A stretch of DNA of 64,000 bases from Ascoidea asiatica JCM 7603. Its lineage: Eukaryota > Fungi > Ascomycota. Location of the stretch: the NCBI GenBank assembly GCA_001600695.1, contig BCKQ01000005.1, positions 1,107,820 to 1,171,819 on the forward strand, given 5' to 3'. Both the position numbers and the translations under genes were made by a program. The notes beneath the pieces were generated by a model that was not told where the DNA came from, ran no database searches, and was given only the letters and a program-made list of their open reading frames with translations. This document shows positions 23,506 through 33,203 of the stretch, one piece after another (the first letter of the stretch is position 1; every line of letters begins with the position of its first letter).

Positions 23506-26500
23506 TCATCCACCAAAGGAAGCTTCTGAGCTAGGTTGGTAGGAACTTCCACCTTCTGATGCACTAATATCCACATAATCTAAATAGCTTTTCTCTTCTT
23601 CAATATTTTCTTCGACAATCTTTTCTTCGACAATCTTTTCTTCCATAATTTCAACTTTATCATTATCTTCTATTGATTCCATTTCTTTTTGCAGATTTTT
23701 TAATTTATCAGTTGCTTCTTTTGCTGTTAATAAATAAGTATAAAAATTTGCAACTTTTGGATGAGCCATTACTTTCCCAGGTAAGAAATTAGAAATTTGC
23801 AATCCTTTTCTTGAAACAGCTCTACTTAAGGCAACATATGCCTGTCCTTTTTCAAATATTCTAGTTAAATCAACCTTTACTTTGGATAATGTTTGACCCT
23901 GAGATTTATGAATAGAAATTGCCCATGCCAATATTAAAGGTATTTGGGCTCGAGAAACAAGAGGCCTTTCATCAGAATCTTCTATTGTCCAAATTTCGGG
24001 GTAACATAGTACATCTCTCGAACCTCCATCAGGTAATAAAAATCTCACTAATGGATATCTTATGCTTTTGGAACTATCAATTAATCTTTTATATATTTCT
24101 TCTTTTCTTTTCATATTATCAATTATAATAGGGTCCTTTATCTTCTCTTTACATTTTTGGAAAAATTCAAAAACAAAGTCAGTCTCTTCTCCTTCATTGG
24201 TTCTCACCACACTAACACCCTTTTTAGCGGTATATTCATCAATATCCTTAGATATACCCTTCAATCCAAGATCTTCTGCCACTCCATTTTTTTTCATTGC
24301 AGCTTCTCGCTTAGCTTCAATAAGACTTGCTTTATCGGAAAGTTCATTGGCATCTAAATTTTCAAAATTATTATAAAAGAAAAACGAATCTGAATCGACG
24401 AAGCCCATGACTTTTCCTAAAGTACCATTAACCAATGTTTCATCTATGTTCTTAAGCATCATTACTTGACAGTCCTTTTTGAGAACTAATTGACTTGGTG
24501 CCATAAAGTTATTTAATAAAAATTGACGTTGATTTTCATCTTCTAATTGGCCCCCATCAAAGGAATTAAATAGATAAGATGTTTGCTTGATGGCACGCAA
24601 TCTTTTATTATTTGCATATTCGACTTCCCTTCTTGTTGGATATAATTCAGCTGCTTGAATTCCATCCGTGGTAGATAATTCTCTTTTTAAATCATAAAAA
24701 CCTTTGATGGTTTTATAAGACAATTTTCCGGTTCTCATTTCATTGAGCATATCAATGAATTCTATATCACCTTTTTGACGAAAAACCGTTTTTAATATAA
24801 CAGTTAATTCCACTGTTTCCTTCCAAGAATTTGATTCAAATGCAAATTTTGCGGCACGATCACCTTCTTTTGAAACTGGTGGTAATTGAAAAAAATCTCC
24901 ACAAACAACAATCTGGACTCCACCAAATGGAGAGTCGTTTTTCCTAACAGTCTTGGCAATATAATTCAATTTATCTAAAAGATTTCCATCAATCATTGAA
25001 ATTTCATCAATTATTAGAACTTTTACTTCTTTCCATCTTCTCACCAATTTTAAACTTTTTCTAATTTTTTTGACAAGTCTGTCTTCTGGTAAAGTTCCTA
25101 ATCCAATCCCTGCAAAAGAATGAAGAGTAGTGCCTCCAATATTACAAGCTGCAAGACCAGTAGAAGCAGTAACAGCAACTTCACCCGGTTGATATAATGA
25201 TTTTAAAGTTTTTATTAGATGTTTTAAAAGGACAGATTTACCAGTACCTGCAGAACCAGTGTAAAAAAGAGAATGTCCTTCTTTAACAAGCTTGATTATA
25301 TGTAGTTGTTCTTCAGTTAAGCATATCGGAACTACACGATGCTCTTTTTGTTCCTCTTTTGTAGAAGTCAGTATGTTTTGGTCATGACTTAATCTGTGCT
25401 GAGGTTGTTGAGTCATTAAAGCTAAAACTGAATTATTACTTATAGAATTTTTTGGACTTTTTTTTTGAATTTTTGGATTGGCTATATCTAATTTTGGATA
25501 TTTTATTGTGGAATAAGATCTTTTTTGACTTTGTAAAGCTTTTTTATTTATTTCATTTGGCGATTTATGTAATATTTGTAAACTTCCATTTTTTAAAGGT
25601 GTTATATTTGTATTTTCATTGGAAACAGGTATTGGGTTTATGGACAGGCGTAAATTTGTTTTTGACGGTGAAGAAACTGGTATTGCTACACGTTTTGAAG
25701 TGGTTCTTGTCAAATGATCTATAGGAGAGGTTGGATCCGGCGTTGTAGTTGTATACTCTGAAGTTGTGAAACTTTTATTCTTTTTCAATAAATCTATTGA
25801 ATTTGAAACTTTAGATGGAGTTGGAGTGAATAAATTGTTTAAAGGAATTTTAATGTTATTGCTATCATTATTATCATCTTCAAAATCATTTGATTGATCA
25901 TGAGATTTGGTTGAGGTTTCTTCTATTGTATTTATGATATCAGAAGTTGGATGAAAAATAACTTGAGAAGCTCTAAAATCATTATTTTCAGTTGACTTAC
26001 ATATATCATTTAATGGAATTCTTTTATTTGGTGTTGTAGTTGAAGATATAGATGCAGAAGTGTCAGCAGTTATATTTGCTATGTCTTCAGGTTTATCATT
26101 AGACCTTATAGGAGAAGAAGGTATTTGGTCCTTATTATTGTCATAGACTTCTTTATTGTTTCTATTATAATTGCTGTTATTGTCTGCATTGGGGATTTTG
26201 TGATAATCAACATTTTTAGAGGTGGTTACTGTATTTTTTGAATTCTTTTCATTCAAAGGTAATTGATCTTTATAGGAACATGCTGAAGAGAAATTTGATC
26301 TGTGATCACTGAAGGCCTCTATATTATCATTGAATGAAACCTGCTTCATTCTGAATAATCTTTCCTCGGGAGTTTCTTCTCTCAGCTGGATAGCATTCTT
26401 ATAAGTTATTTCATTTTTGTTTTCGTTTACCATTTGATTTATAGGTTGTTGTGGTTGTTGTATAGCATTCTTATAAGTTATTTCATTTTTGTTTTCGTTT

Positions 26501-27276
26501 ACCATTTGATTTATAGGTTGTTGTGGTTGTTGTATAGGCTGTTGAATATCATACTGTATAGTTGGTTGTAAAGGCCTGTCATATTCACTGTCATCTAAAG
26601 AAGACTCTGAAAAGGAATCATCAAAAACTCCAATATTTTCTTTCTCGGTTGTTGATAGTTCTCTTTCTATATTAAATCTACTTATTTTATTTTTTGATAA
26701 ATTACCATTGCTCTTGATATTATTATTCCTACTATTATTATTATTATTTATAATGTTGGCATTGAGGTTATTATTTACATTGTTTTTGGAGTTATTAAAG
26801 GGGGCTGTTGAGGCAAAATATTTTTCAATATCTTCATCTATATCAGTTGAAAAATCATCATCACTAAACTGGTCAAAATCATTGTTCATGATATTTGATC
26901 GTATACTTTTATTTTCGATTATCTTAATATCATCGCTATGATTTTTTGTATTTTTGTTAGGCTGGATATTTTGTTTCTTATTGATTGTTTCTTCTTGAGA
27001 AGGCCAGTTACTTGAGGAGGAAAACCCACTATCGAAATCAATATCGGATAAAATATTATTAGATTGAGTAAAATTGTTATTATTATCTATATTTGTATTA
27101 TTGTTCATTATATTACTCATGTATAAGGGTCTTTGATTTGTATAATTAAAATTACAAATGTATCTATATCTATCTCTATATATGAATCTATAATTATAAT
27201 TATGATTATAATTATTATTATAATGAAAATTATAATTTATAAATTTTGAATTTAATTTCAATTTAAACCTAATCAT
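23506..27276 (-). CDS. PIF1: Pif1 5'-3' DNA helicase (SF1B)
   Basis: FYTGSAGTGKS, TASTGLAACNIGG.TLHSFAGIGLG, DEISM, GDFFQLPPV, AWAISIHKSQGQTL, GQAYVALSRA; the C-terminal half resembles Pif1 more than Rrm3. Confidence 0.95.
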   Translation of the reverse strand: MIRFKLKLNSKFINYNFHYNNNYNHNYNYRFIYRDRYRYICNFNYTNQRPLYMSNIMNNNTNIDNNNNFTQSNNILSDIDFDSGFSSSSNWPSQEETINKKQNIQPNKNTKNHSDDIKIIENKSIRSNIMNNDFDQFSDDDFSTDIDEDIEKYFASTAPFNNSKNNVNNNLNANIINNNNNSRNNNIKSNGNLSKNKISRFNIERELSTTEKENIGVFDDSFSESSLDDSEYDRPLQPTIQYDIQQPIQQPQQPINQMVNENKNEITYKNAIQQPQQPINQMVNENKNEITYKNAIQLREETPEERLFRMKQVSFNDNIEAFSDHRSNFSSACSYKDQLPLNEKNSKNTVTTSKNVDYHKIPNADNNSNYNRNNKEVYDNNKDQIPSSPIRSNDKPEDIANITADTSASISSTTTPNKRIPLNDICKSTENNDFRASQVIFHPTSDIINTIEETSTKSHDQSNDFEDDNNDSNNIKIPLNNLFTPTPSKVSNSIDLLKKNKSFTTSEYTTTTPDPTSPIDHLTRTTSKRVAIPVSSPSKTNLRLSINPIPVSNENTNITPLKNGSLQILHKSPNEINKKALQSQKRSYSTIKYPKLDIANPKIQKKSPKNSISNNSVLALMTQQPQHRLSHDQNILTSTKEEQKEHRVVPICLTEEQLHIIKLVKEGHSLFYTGSAGTGKSVLLKHLIKTLKSLYQPGEVAVTASTGLAACNIGGTTLHSFAGIGLGTLPEDRLVKKIRKSLKLVRRWKEVKVLIIDEISMIDGNLLDKLNYIAKTVRKNDSPFGGVQIVVCGDFFQLPPVSKEGDRAAKFAFESNSWKETVELTVILKTVFRQKGDIEFIDMLNEMRTGKLSYKTIKGFYDLKRELSTTDGIQAAELYPTRREVEYANNKRLRAIKQTSYLFNSFDGGQLEDENQRQFLLNNFMAPSQLVLKKDCQVMMLKNIDETLVNGTLGKVMGFVDSDSFFFYNNFENLDANELSDKASLIEAKREAAMKKNGVAEDLGLKGISKDIDEYTAKKGVSVVRTNEGEETDFVFEFFQKCKEKIKDPIIIDNMKRKEEIYKRLIDSSKSIRYPLVRFLLPDGGSRDVLCYPEIWTIEDSDERPLVSRAQIPLILAWAISIHKSQGQTLSKVKVDLTRIFEKGQAYVALSRAVSRKGLQISNFLPGKVMAHPKVANFYTYLLTAKEATDKLKNLQKEMESIEDNDKVEIMEEKIVEEKIVEENIEEEKSYLDYVDISASEGGSSYQPSSEASFGG
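26390..26533. repeat. Perfect 72-bp tandem duplication inside PIF1 (24 aa twice)
   Basis: 26390-26461 is identical to 26462-26533; encodes IQQPQQPINQMVNENKNEITYKNA x2. Confidence 0.95.
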
Positions 27277-27706
27277 ATAAGTATGATTTTTGATTGAATC
27301 TTTAGGAAGTAAATATTATTCATTAATGAAATCAAAAGATAATAATCTTTGAGGAATAATTCTTTAAGTGATATTGATATTAGCAGGTAATACAAACTGG
27401 AAAAAAAAAGAAAAGAATCAGTATCAGAATTCCTAAGTGATCAAATATGAAATAATAACTTTTTACTCAATGCTATTTTCCTAACCAAATTATAAAAACA
27501 ATTGGATTCTTTACGGAATTCAAATAACGTTAGATTTAATTTCGTTAAATATTTCAGATCTAAGTCGAAAAACCATCAAAAGCATGTGACTTTCGCTATA
27601 TAAAATCTTATCAAACTAATCCGGTCAATTCCGACCTGTAATAAATATAAAAGACTTTTACTATCGTTAATTACTATATTACATATCTATAAAAATATTA
27701 GAAGAA

Positions 27707-28345
27707 TCATTGAATAAGAGCTGTAATTTGATTAATCTTTCCAGCTAATAAATTCCAACTTTTTTTGTTCATGTCAATATTTCTCTTCAAGAAAGTGATC
27801 TCATCATTTAAAATTTGATTGTATTTTACTAGAAATTTTAATGAAAAATTTATACCTTTTGCATTATTGTTCAAATCCATCGTGATGAATTTATTCAAAT
27901 TTTCTAAATTGATCATGTTGGTTTCATAATATTGAAAGAATTCATCAAGATAAAAAGTCTTATCTTTTGCAAACTGACCTTGAAAAGCAGATTTACTAAA
28001 ATCTGAATTGAATTTATCAAGTTGAATATACTGATTTTTAAGATTCTTATATATTATAGTATTTAGCTTTAGAAACTGTGTTATGAGTTGATGATTTTTA
28101 ACCACTTTGAATTTTAAATCTTTGAGTTGGGCTATGTCTTTTTCTTGATCAGTAGAGCTGGAAGAATTTGATTCGGTTGCTGAATTTGAGGTTATTCTTT
28201 TTAATGCAGATTTGAATATTAAAGAATTTGATTGAGTAAGCACTTCTGATATGGTTGACTGGTATTGATTGAGCTGTTTGATTGCCTGTAAATGATCGAT
28301 TCTTTCTTTGAAATTTTTTTCATCCTGTTCTGTCTGTCTACTCAT
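27707..28345 (-). CDS. Coiled-coil protein, probable THO complex subunit Mft1/THOC7 orthologue
   Basis: 212-aa ATG ORF. Termini resemble S. cerevisiae Mft1 as recalled (C-terminal L..N..L..EI..L...I...K..W...A.....IT pattern). Adjacent to PIF1, like YML062C/YML061C. Confidence 0.55.
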   Translation of the reverse strand: MSRQTEQDEKNFKERIDHLQAIKQLNQYQSTISEVLTQSNSLIFKSALKRITSNSATESNSSSSTDQEKDIAQLKDLKFKVVKNHQLITQFLKLNTIIYKNLKNQYIQLDKFNSDFSKSAFQGQFAKDKTFYLDEFFQYYETNMINLENLNKFITMDLNNNAKGINFSLKFLVKYNQILNDEITFLKRNIDMNKKSWNLLAGKINQITALIQ

Positions 28346-28872
28346 TTTGAAATCTAAAAATGTATTCTAAGGGGAATATTTGTTATATTGATATATTTTG
28401 GAAAAAAAAGAATGTTTTATGAAATGAAAATACAAATTTCAATTGATAACTTTAACCTTTACTTATTCAACACACTCACAGTAATTATCCATCAGGGTAA
28501 TAGAAAGCTTTTGATAAATTGTAGTTCCAGGAAAGTTCAACAAACGATCCATTCAAGTGGCCAAACCATCTCTATGGGTCTTTAAATTGACCCAAGACCT
28601 ATTTAATGCACAGTAGTAGTTTAAAATGGATAAAAGAAGCTTCCTAAATCTAAAATTTACTCTCCTACAGTAGGATAGTAAATTTAGGATTCCCACTGCT
28701 AATTTTCCTACAATACCAGGAATGAGTAGATCAATAAAAATCACTTTTTTCAAAAAAAACTTATATACTGTAAAAATTATTAAAGGATGAAATAAAGACA
28801 AGAATATTCATAAAGTGATTTAAAGCTAAAGAAAAGTTTTAACAAAATTTCATTCAAAGAAATAAGTACAGA

Positions 28873-31800
28873 CTAATCACTTAAATATTGAGCATAATCT
28901 TCAGCTGCAGCAAAGATAGGTAAGTCTTTGGTCTTTCTTTTCTTCGAGTCTTTACTCTTACTATTTTTCTTACTTTTAGAGGTTTCTGTATTATCTTCTC
29001 TAAGACGCTTCTTCTTATTGACTTTTTTACTTTTTTTATTTGTAGTCTCTTCTTCGTCGGAAAATTCATCAGCTTCTAAATCTAGGAATCCAGCAGCCGA
29101 ATTTTCATCTTCACTGACATCAACTTCACTATCATCGCTTCCTGAGACTTTCTTAGAGTCATCAAGAAAATCTTCCATTTCATCAAAATCGACTGTTTTC
29201 ATATGAGAGCTGGATATTTTTGATTCATCTCCATCACTTTCAGACTCAGAAACCATTTTATCACTATCTTCCTCTTCATCTTCATCCATAAAGTCTGATT
29301 CATTAAATGCATCACTTAAATCACTTTCTATATCACTTTCAGCATCATCCTCTCCATCTGGATTAGTGGCAACTAATGCCTTCCAAACCTCATCATCATC
29401 TATTTCATCATCTTCATCGTCTTCATCCTTGATCTTTTTAACTTTTGGTTCTTTTCCAGTATTCTCAGTTTGCTTGATTTTAAAGTATTCATAGAAAAAT
29501 TTCTCATCTGGTTTTATATCTTTGATATTTTTATGTAACCAGTTTTCAGCATTCACAGGTTTTTCTGTTGATTCATTATTTGATCTTGCTAATAATGAAC
29601 CTACTTGCACATCACCCACGGGTTGCATAATTGATTGTGATTTAGATTGATTGGCTTTCTTAGGATTCTTATAAACAAATCTATCAAGAAAATGACTTAA
29701 AGAAAACAATCTTAAATCTGGTTTACTTTCAATTTTATTATCGGACAAGGATTCTGAATATAATTTAACAGAAGGATGATAATGTTTAACAAAATTTATT
29801 AACTCCCAAAGTTGTGTTTTTTCAGCATTTGCAAATCTAGGATCTCTTTTGAAGGAATCATATTCTTTTTCATCATCTATTTCATTTTTTTCTGAATCAT
29901 TACTTTCATCTTTAACAACTTCATTTATCAGTGAATCAGAATCTTCTTCAACTACTGAAAATAATTGTTTAATACTTAAAGAGAGTTCTGGTTTTGATTT
30001 TGCTAATTCCATTAATAAAAATAACATACCAGTAACAGCTCCAAAATTTAACCAATGTAAACATATCTGTAGTATTCTTTTAACGAAAGCAAATAACCTT
30101 GGAGTATTATCATCATTTTTAAGAGATTTATATAATAAATTTAAAAATAAAGTTTGCTTGGAAGAGCTTACTAATTTTGGGTGAAGTAAAGTTTCATAAA
30201 GTGCTTTAAAATATCTATCTTTACTCAATTCTTTGGCAGTTATAATATGAGATATCAAAACTAAAGCTTGAAGATTAGCATTAAAATTAACTTTTGAATG
30301 AGCCATTTGAAAAAGAGTATCAATGTGTTTATCAAATAAATCATCTGGTAATTCAGAAAATGGAAAAGCACGATTTAAACCGGATAATAAAGCAGAAAAT
30401 AATTTACTATTTTTTTCTTCAATAATCTCAGATTCAGTTTTTTCAACTACTTTAACTGATTTTCCACCTTTTTTACCTCTTTTTACGTGCATTCTACTTC
30501 TATGTCTTGCATTGATTTTATTTGATTCACCAAGTACATTATCAATTTCATCATCACTTTTATCATCATCTTTGATACTATTAGTCTTTTTACTATTATT
30601 ATCAATATCTTCTTTTTGATTTTGAAAATCATATAATAATTCTTCAAATAAGGCAAAATAAGTTTTAACCAAACTATTTGCTAATTCAACATCATTTTTA
30701 GTTAAAATTGTTTGATTTAAAGTTAAAATAGAATAGTATTTAGCATGAAAACGTATGCCAGCGCTAGTTAAGCCATCAATAACAGAATCTGTAACAATTT
30801 TTTTCATTGCAGGATGAGTTTGTTCAAGTTGTAAAATTTCAAAAGAAGTTTTTGCGGCAACTTTATTATCAATATCACCGAGTTTATTGATACCTAATTT
30901 CAAAAGATTGACTTCTTGTTCAGGTTTTGATTTTAATAATTGGAAAACAACAGTAACTATATTCATTTTAATGAATAATATTGGATCTTGTAATAAATCT
31001 TCAAAAATTTTCATCATTTCAAAATATTGTTTTTTCAAATAATCTTCAAAATAATAAACTATCAATGATTTATCAGACATATTCATACTTAAATTTTGAT
31101 TTTTAAAATATACTAATTTTCTATTTGAAGGTAATAGCGTACTGATTATTAAATCTTTTAAAGCCATTATACTTTCCATAGCAGCATTTCTTGATTTTTT
31201 TGAACAAAAAAAAGTTAAACTCTCTAAAGATTTTATATTATGAATTGGGGATTCTTGAATTATTAAAGTTAATGAAGAAATTTTATCATTAAGAGTACCA
31301 TTTTTCATAATTTCAGATAAAAACTTTTTTTGAGAAGAAGATTTTGTAAATTCTTTATAAAATATACCGTTTTCTTGTTCTGTTAATTCTTTTGCTTTTA
31401 AAAAAAGTTCATGAAGTTGATCTGGAGTGATTTCTGTTTTTTCAATAGTTTCAAGTTTTATATTATACCAATCTGATTGTTTTGGGACAATTAATTGATT
31501 TTCCTGAACAAATGAAGATTTTATTTGTTGACTAATTTTTGATTTTTTTGATGTAACTTCTTCTTTGAATTTTTCTGATTTTTTATAATTTTCACCTCTT
31601 CTAGACTGAAATTTTACAGGGTTTTCACCTTTTGATTCTTTTGATTCTTTAAATTCTTTTTTATTTTTTGTTTTTTTTGGTTCTTTAGATTCTTTGAGTT
31701 CTTTCGATTCTTTTAATTTTTTTGATTCTTTTTTTGAATCCTTTGATTCTTTTGATTCTTTTAATTCATTTGATTTCTTTGCCTTTTTAAGTTCCTTTAA

Positions 31801-32145
31801 TTCTTTAAATCCATTTATTTCGTTTGATTCTTTTGATTTATGCTTTTTGTCTTTAACAACTTTGGAATCATATTTCTCGTCAACTTCAGATTTTTTTGAA
31901 GCATGGACTTTATCTTTCTTTATTTCTTTTTTATGTTCTTTCTTATGTTCTTTTTTATTCTCTTTTTTATCTTCTTTTTTGTTATCTTTTTTACTTTCTT
32001 TCTTATTTTCTTTCTTGTTAGTTTTCTTATTATCTGTTTTGTTTGATTTACTAGAATCTGAATCTAATTTTTTAAGATTTGCCTTTTCTAACTTCAAGGC
32101 TATTTTGTCCTTGATAGAGGAAACATCTAAAGTAGCTTCACTCAT
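28873..32145 (-). CDS. MAK21: 60S ribosome biogenesis protein Mak21/Noc1 (CBF/Mak21 family)
   Basis: GTLNDKISSLTL.IQESP.HN, KPEQE.NLL.LG.NKLGD, LLSGLNRAFPF, YD..KRDPRFANA, HFLDRFVYKNPK, terminal LPIFAAAEDYAQYL. Confidence 0.95.
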   Translation of the reverse strand: MSEATLDVSSIKDKIALKLEKANLKKLDSDSSKSNKTDNKKTNKKENKKESKKDNKKEDKKENKKEHKKEHKKEIKKDKVHASKKSEVDEKYDSKVVKDKKHKSKESNEINGFKELKELKKAKKSNELKESKESKDSKKESKKLKESKELKESKEPKKTKNKKEFKESKESKGENPVKFQSRRGENYKKSEKFKEEVTSKKSKISQQIKSSFVQENQLIVPKQSDWYNIKLETIEKTEITPDQLHELFLKAKELTEQENGIFYKEFTKSSSQKKFLSEIMKNGTLNDKISSLTLIIQESPIHNIKSLESLTFFCSKKSRNAAMESIMALKDLIISTLLPSNRKLVYFKNQNLSMNMSDKSLIVYYFEDYLKKQYFEMMKIFEDLLQDPILFIKMNIVTVVFQLLKSKPEQEVNLLKLGINKLGDIDNKVAAKTSFEILQLEQTHPAMKKIVTDSVIDGLTSAGIRFHAKYYSILTLNQTILTKNDVELANSLVKTYFALFEELLYDFQNQKEDIDNNSKKTNSIKDDDKSDDEIDNVLGESNKINARHRSRMHVKRGKKGGKSVKVVEKTESEIIEEKNSKLFSALLSGLNRAFPFSELPDDLFDKHIDTLFQMAHSKVNFNANLQALVLISHIITAKELSKDRYFKALYETLLHPKLVSSSKQTLFLNLLYKSLKNDDNTPRLFAFVKRILQICLHWLNFGAVTGMLFLLMELAKSKPELSLSIKQLFSVVEEDSDSLINEVVKDESNDSEKNEIDDEKEYDSFKRDPRFANAEKTQLWELINFVKHYHPSVKLYSESLSDNKIESKPDLRLFSLSHFLDRFVYKNPKKANQSKSQSIMQPVGDVQVGSLLARSNNESTEKPVNAENWLHKNIKDIKPDEKFFYEYFKIKQTENTGKEPKVKKIKDEDDEDDEIDDDEVWKALVATNPDGEDDAESDIESDLSDAFNESDFMDEDEEEDSDKMVSESESDGDESKISSSHMKTVDFDEMEDFLDDSKKVSGSDDSEVDVSEDENSAAGFLDLEADEFSDEEETTNKKSKKVNKKKRLREDNTETSKSKKNSKSKDSKKRKTKDLPIFAAAEDYAQYLSD

Positions 32146-32419
32146 TGATCTTTCAAATTAGATAGATAAAGTGATTCAATGTTTGTATTGCGTGAAAGCA
32201 AAGTAATAAAAAAATCAAAAAACACCAAACTTTAGCATAGAAATATATGTTTTTAGTCCAAATTTGACTTTCTTGTTTTTATTCTCAAGCTGGCTAGCAT
32301 CAAAAATAAATTTTTTTCACAATTATTTTTCAAAATTGAAAAATTGAACCGAATCCATAAATATGGTTCTTCTTTTCAACAAAAAAAGTATTACGTTATA
32401 TATTATGTAATTATATTTT

Positions 32420-32428
32420 GCACGTGAG
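32420..32428. promoter_or_regulatory. Cbf1/Tye7-type E-box (CACGTGA) in the MAK21/LCB2 divergent promoter
   Basis: GCACGTGAG in otherwise AT-rich DNA. Confidence 0.4.
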
Positions 32429-33203
32429 TGTTTTCATTAAAGTATAATTACCATTGAAGTGGATGGTTCCACAGAGGCGGGTCCATTAACAACGGCGAGA
32501 TATTGAGAAATATTGAGAAATATTGAGTGGTAGCAGCGACGTAAATTGAAATTGAATGTGAGAACTGATAATAGCGGTAAACTCACTCACTGTGCTATTC
32601 TGAGTGGAAGCATGATAATAAATAGCTGTTAACTGTGCAGTGCAAGCTTAAGAAAAAAATAACGTTGGTTCGTGAAAGTGATCAGATTACTTTTGATTTA
32701 ATTTTTGATTGATTGATTGATAATTGATTATTCACCAGAAATAAATATTGAAGAAAGAAAGAAATAAACTAATAAATAAAGAGTCAGAAGCAACTTACCT
32801 AATACTAAACATCATAGAATCAGAAAGTTTCAGTATAACATACATAATATTAATTCTTACTGTTAGAAGATTACAGACTAAAGAAGTATTGCAATAGTAA
32901 ACACTTTACCAGATCTACTCTTTCTCAATATATGATAACCACATAAATATTTCAGCTTATTCAAACATCAAACTCTTTCGTTTAAACATAATTATACCAA
33001 TATTTCTATCCATAATAGTTCTGAGCAATCTTTAGTGAACTTGCATCCAACTTTTATTCTTTCTTTAATCATCTCTTCCAAAATTATTTTATCAGTAATA
33101 TAAACAAATCTTTTATAATCAATACTTCATTCTTAGGATCACTCTTTTACTCTTTTTTTGAACCTTTTTCACTCTTTTCATTCTTTTCACTCTTATTTTC
33201 ATA

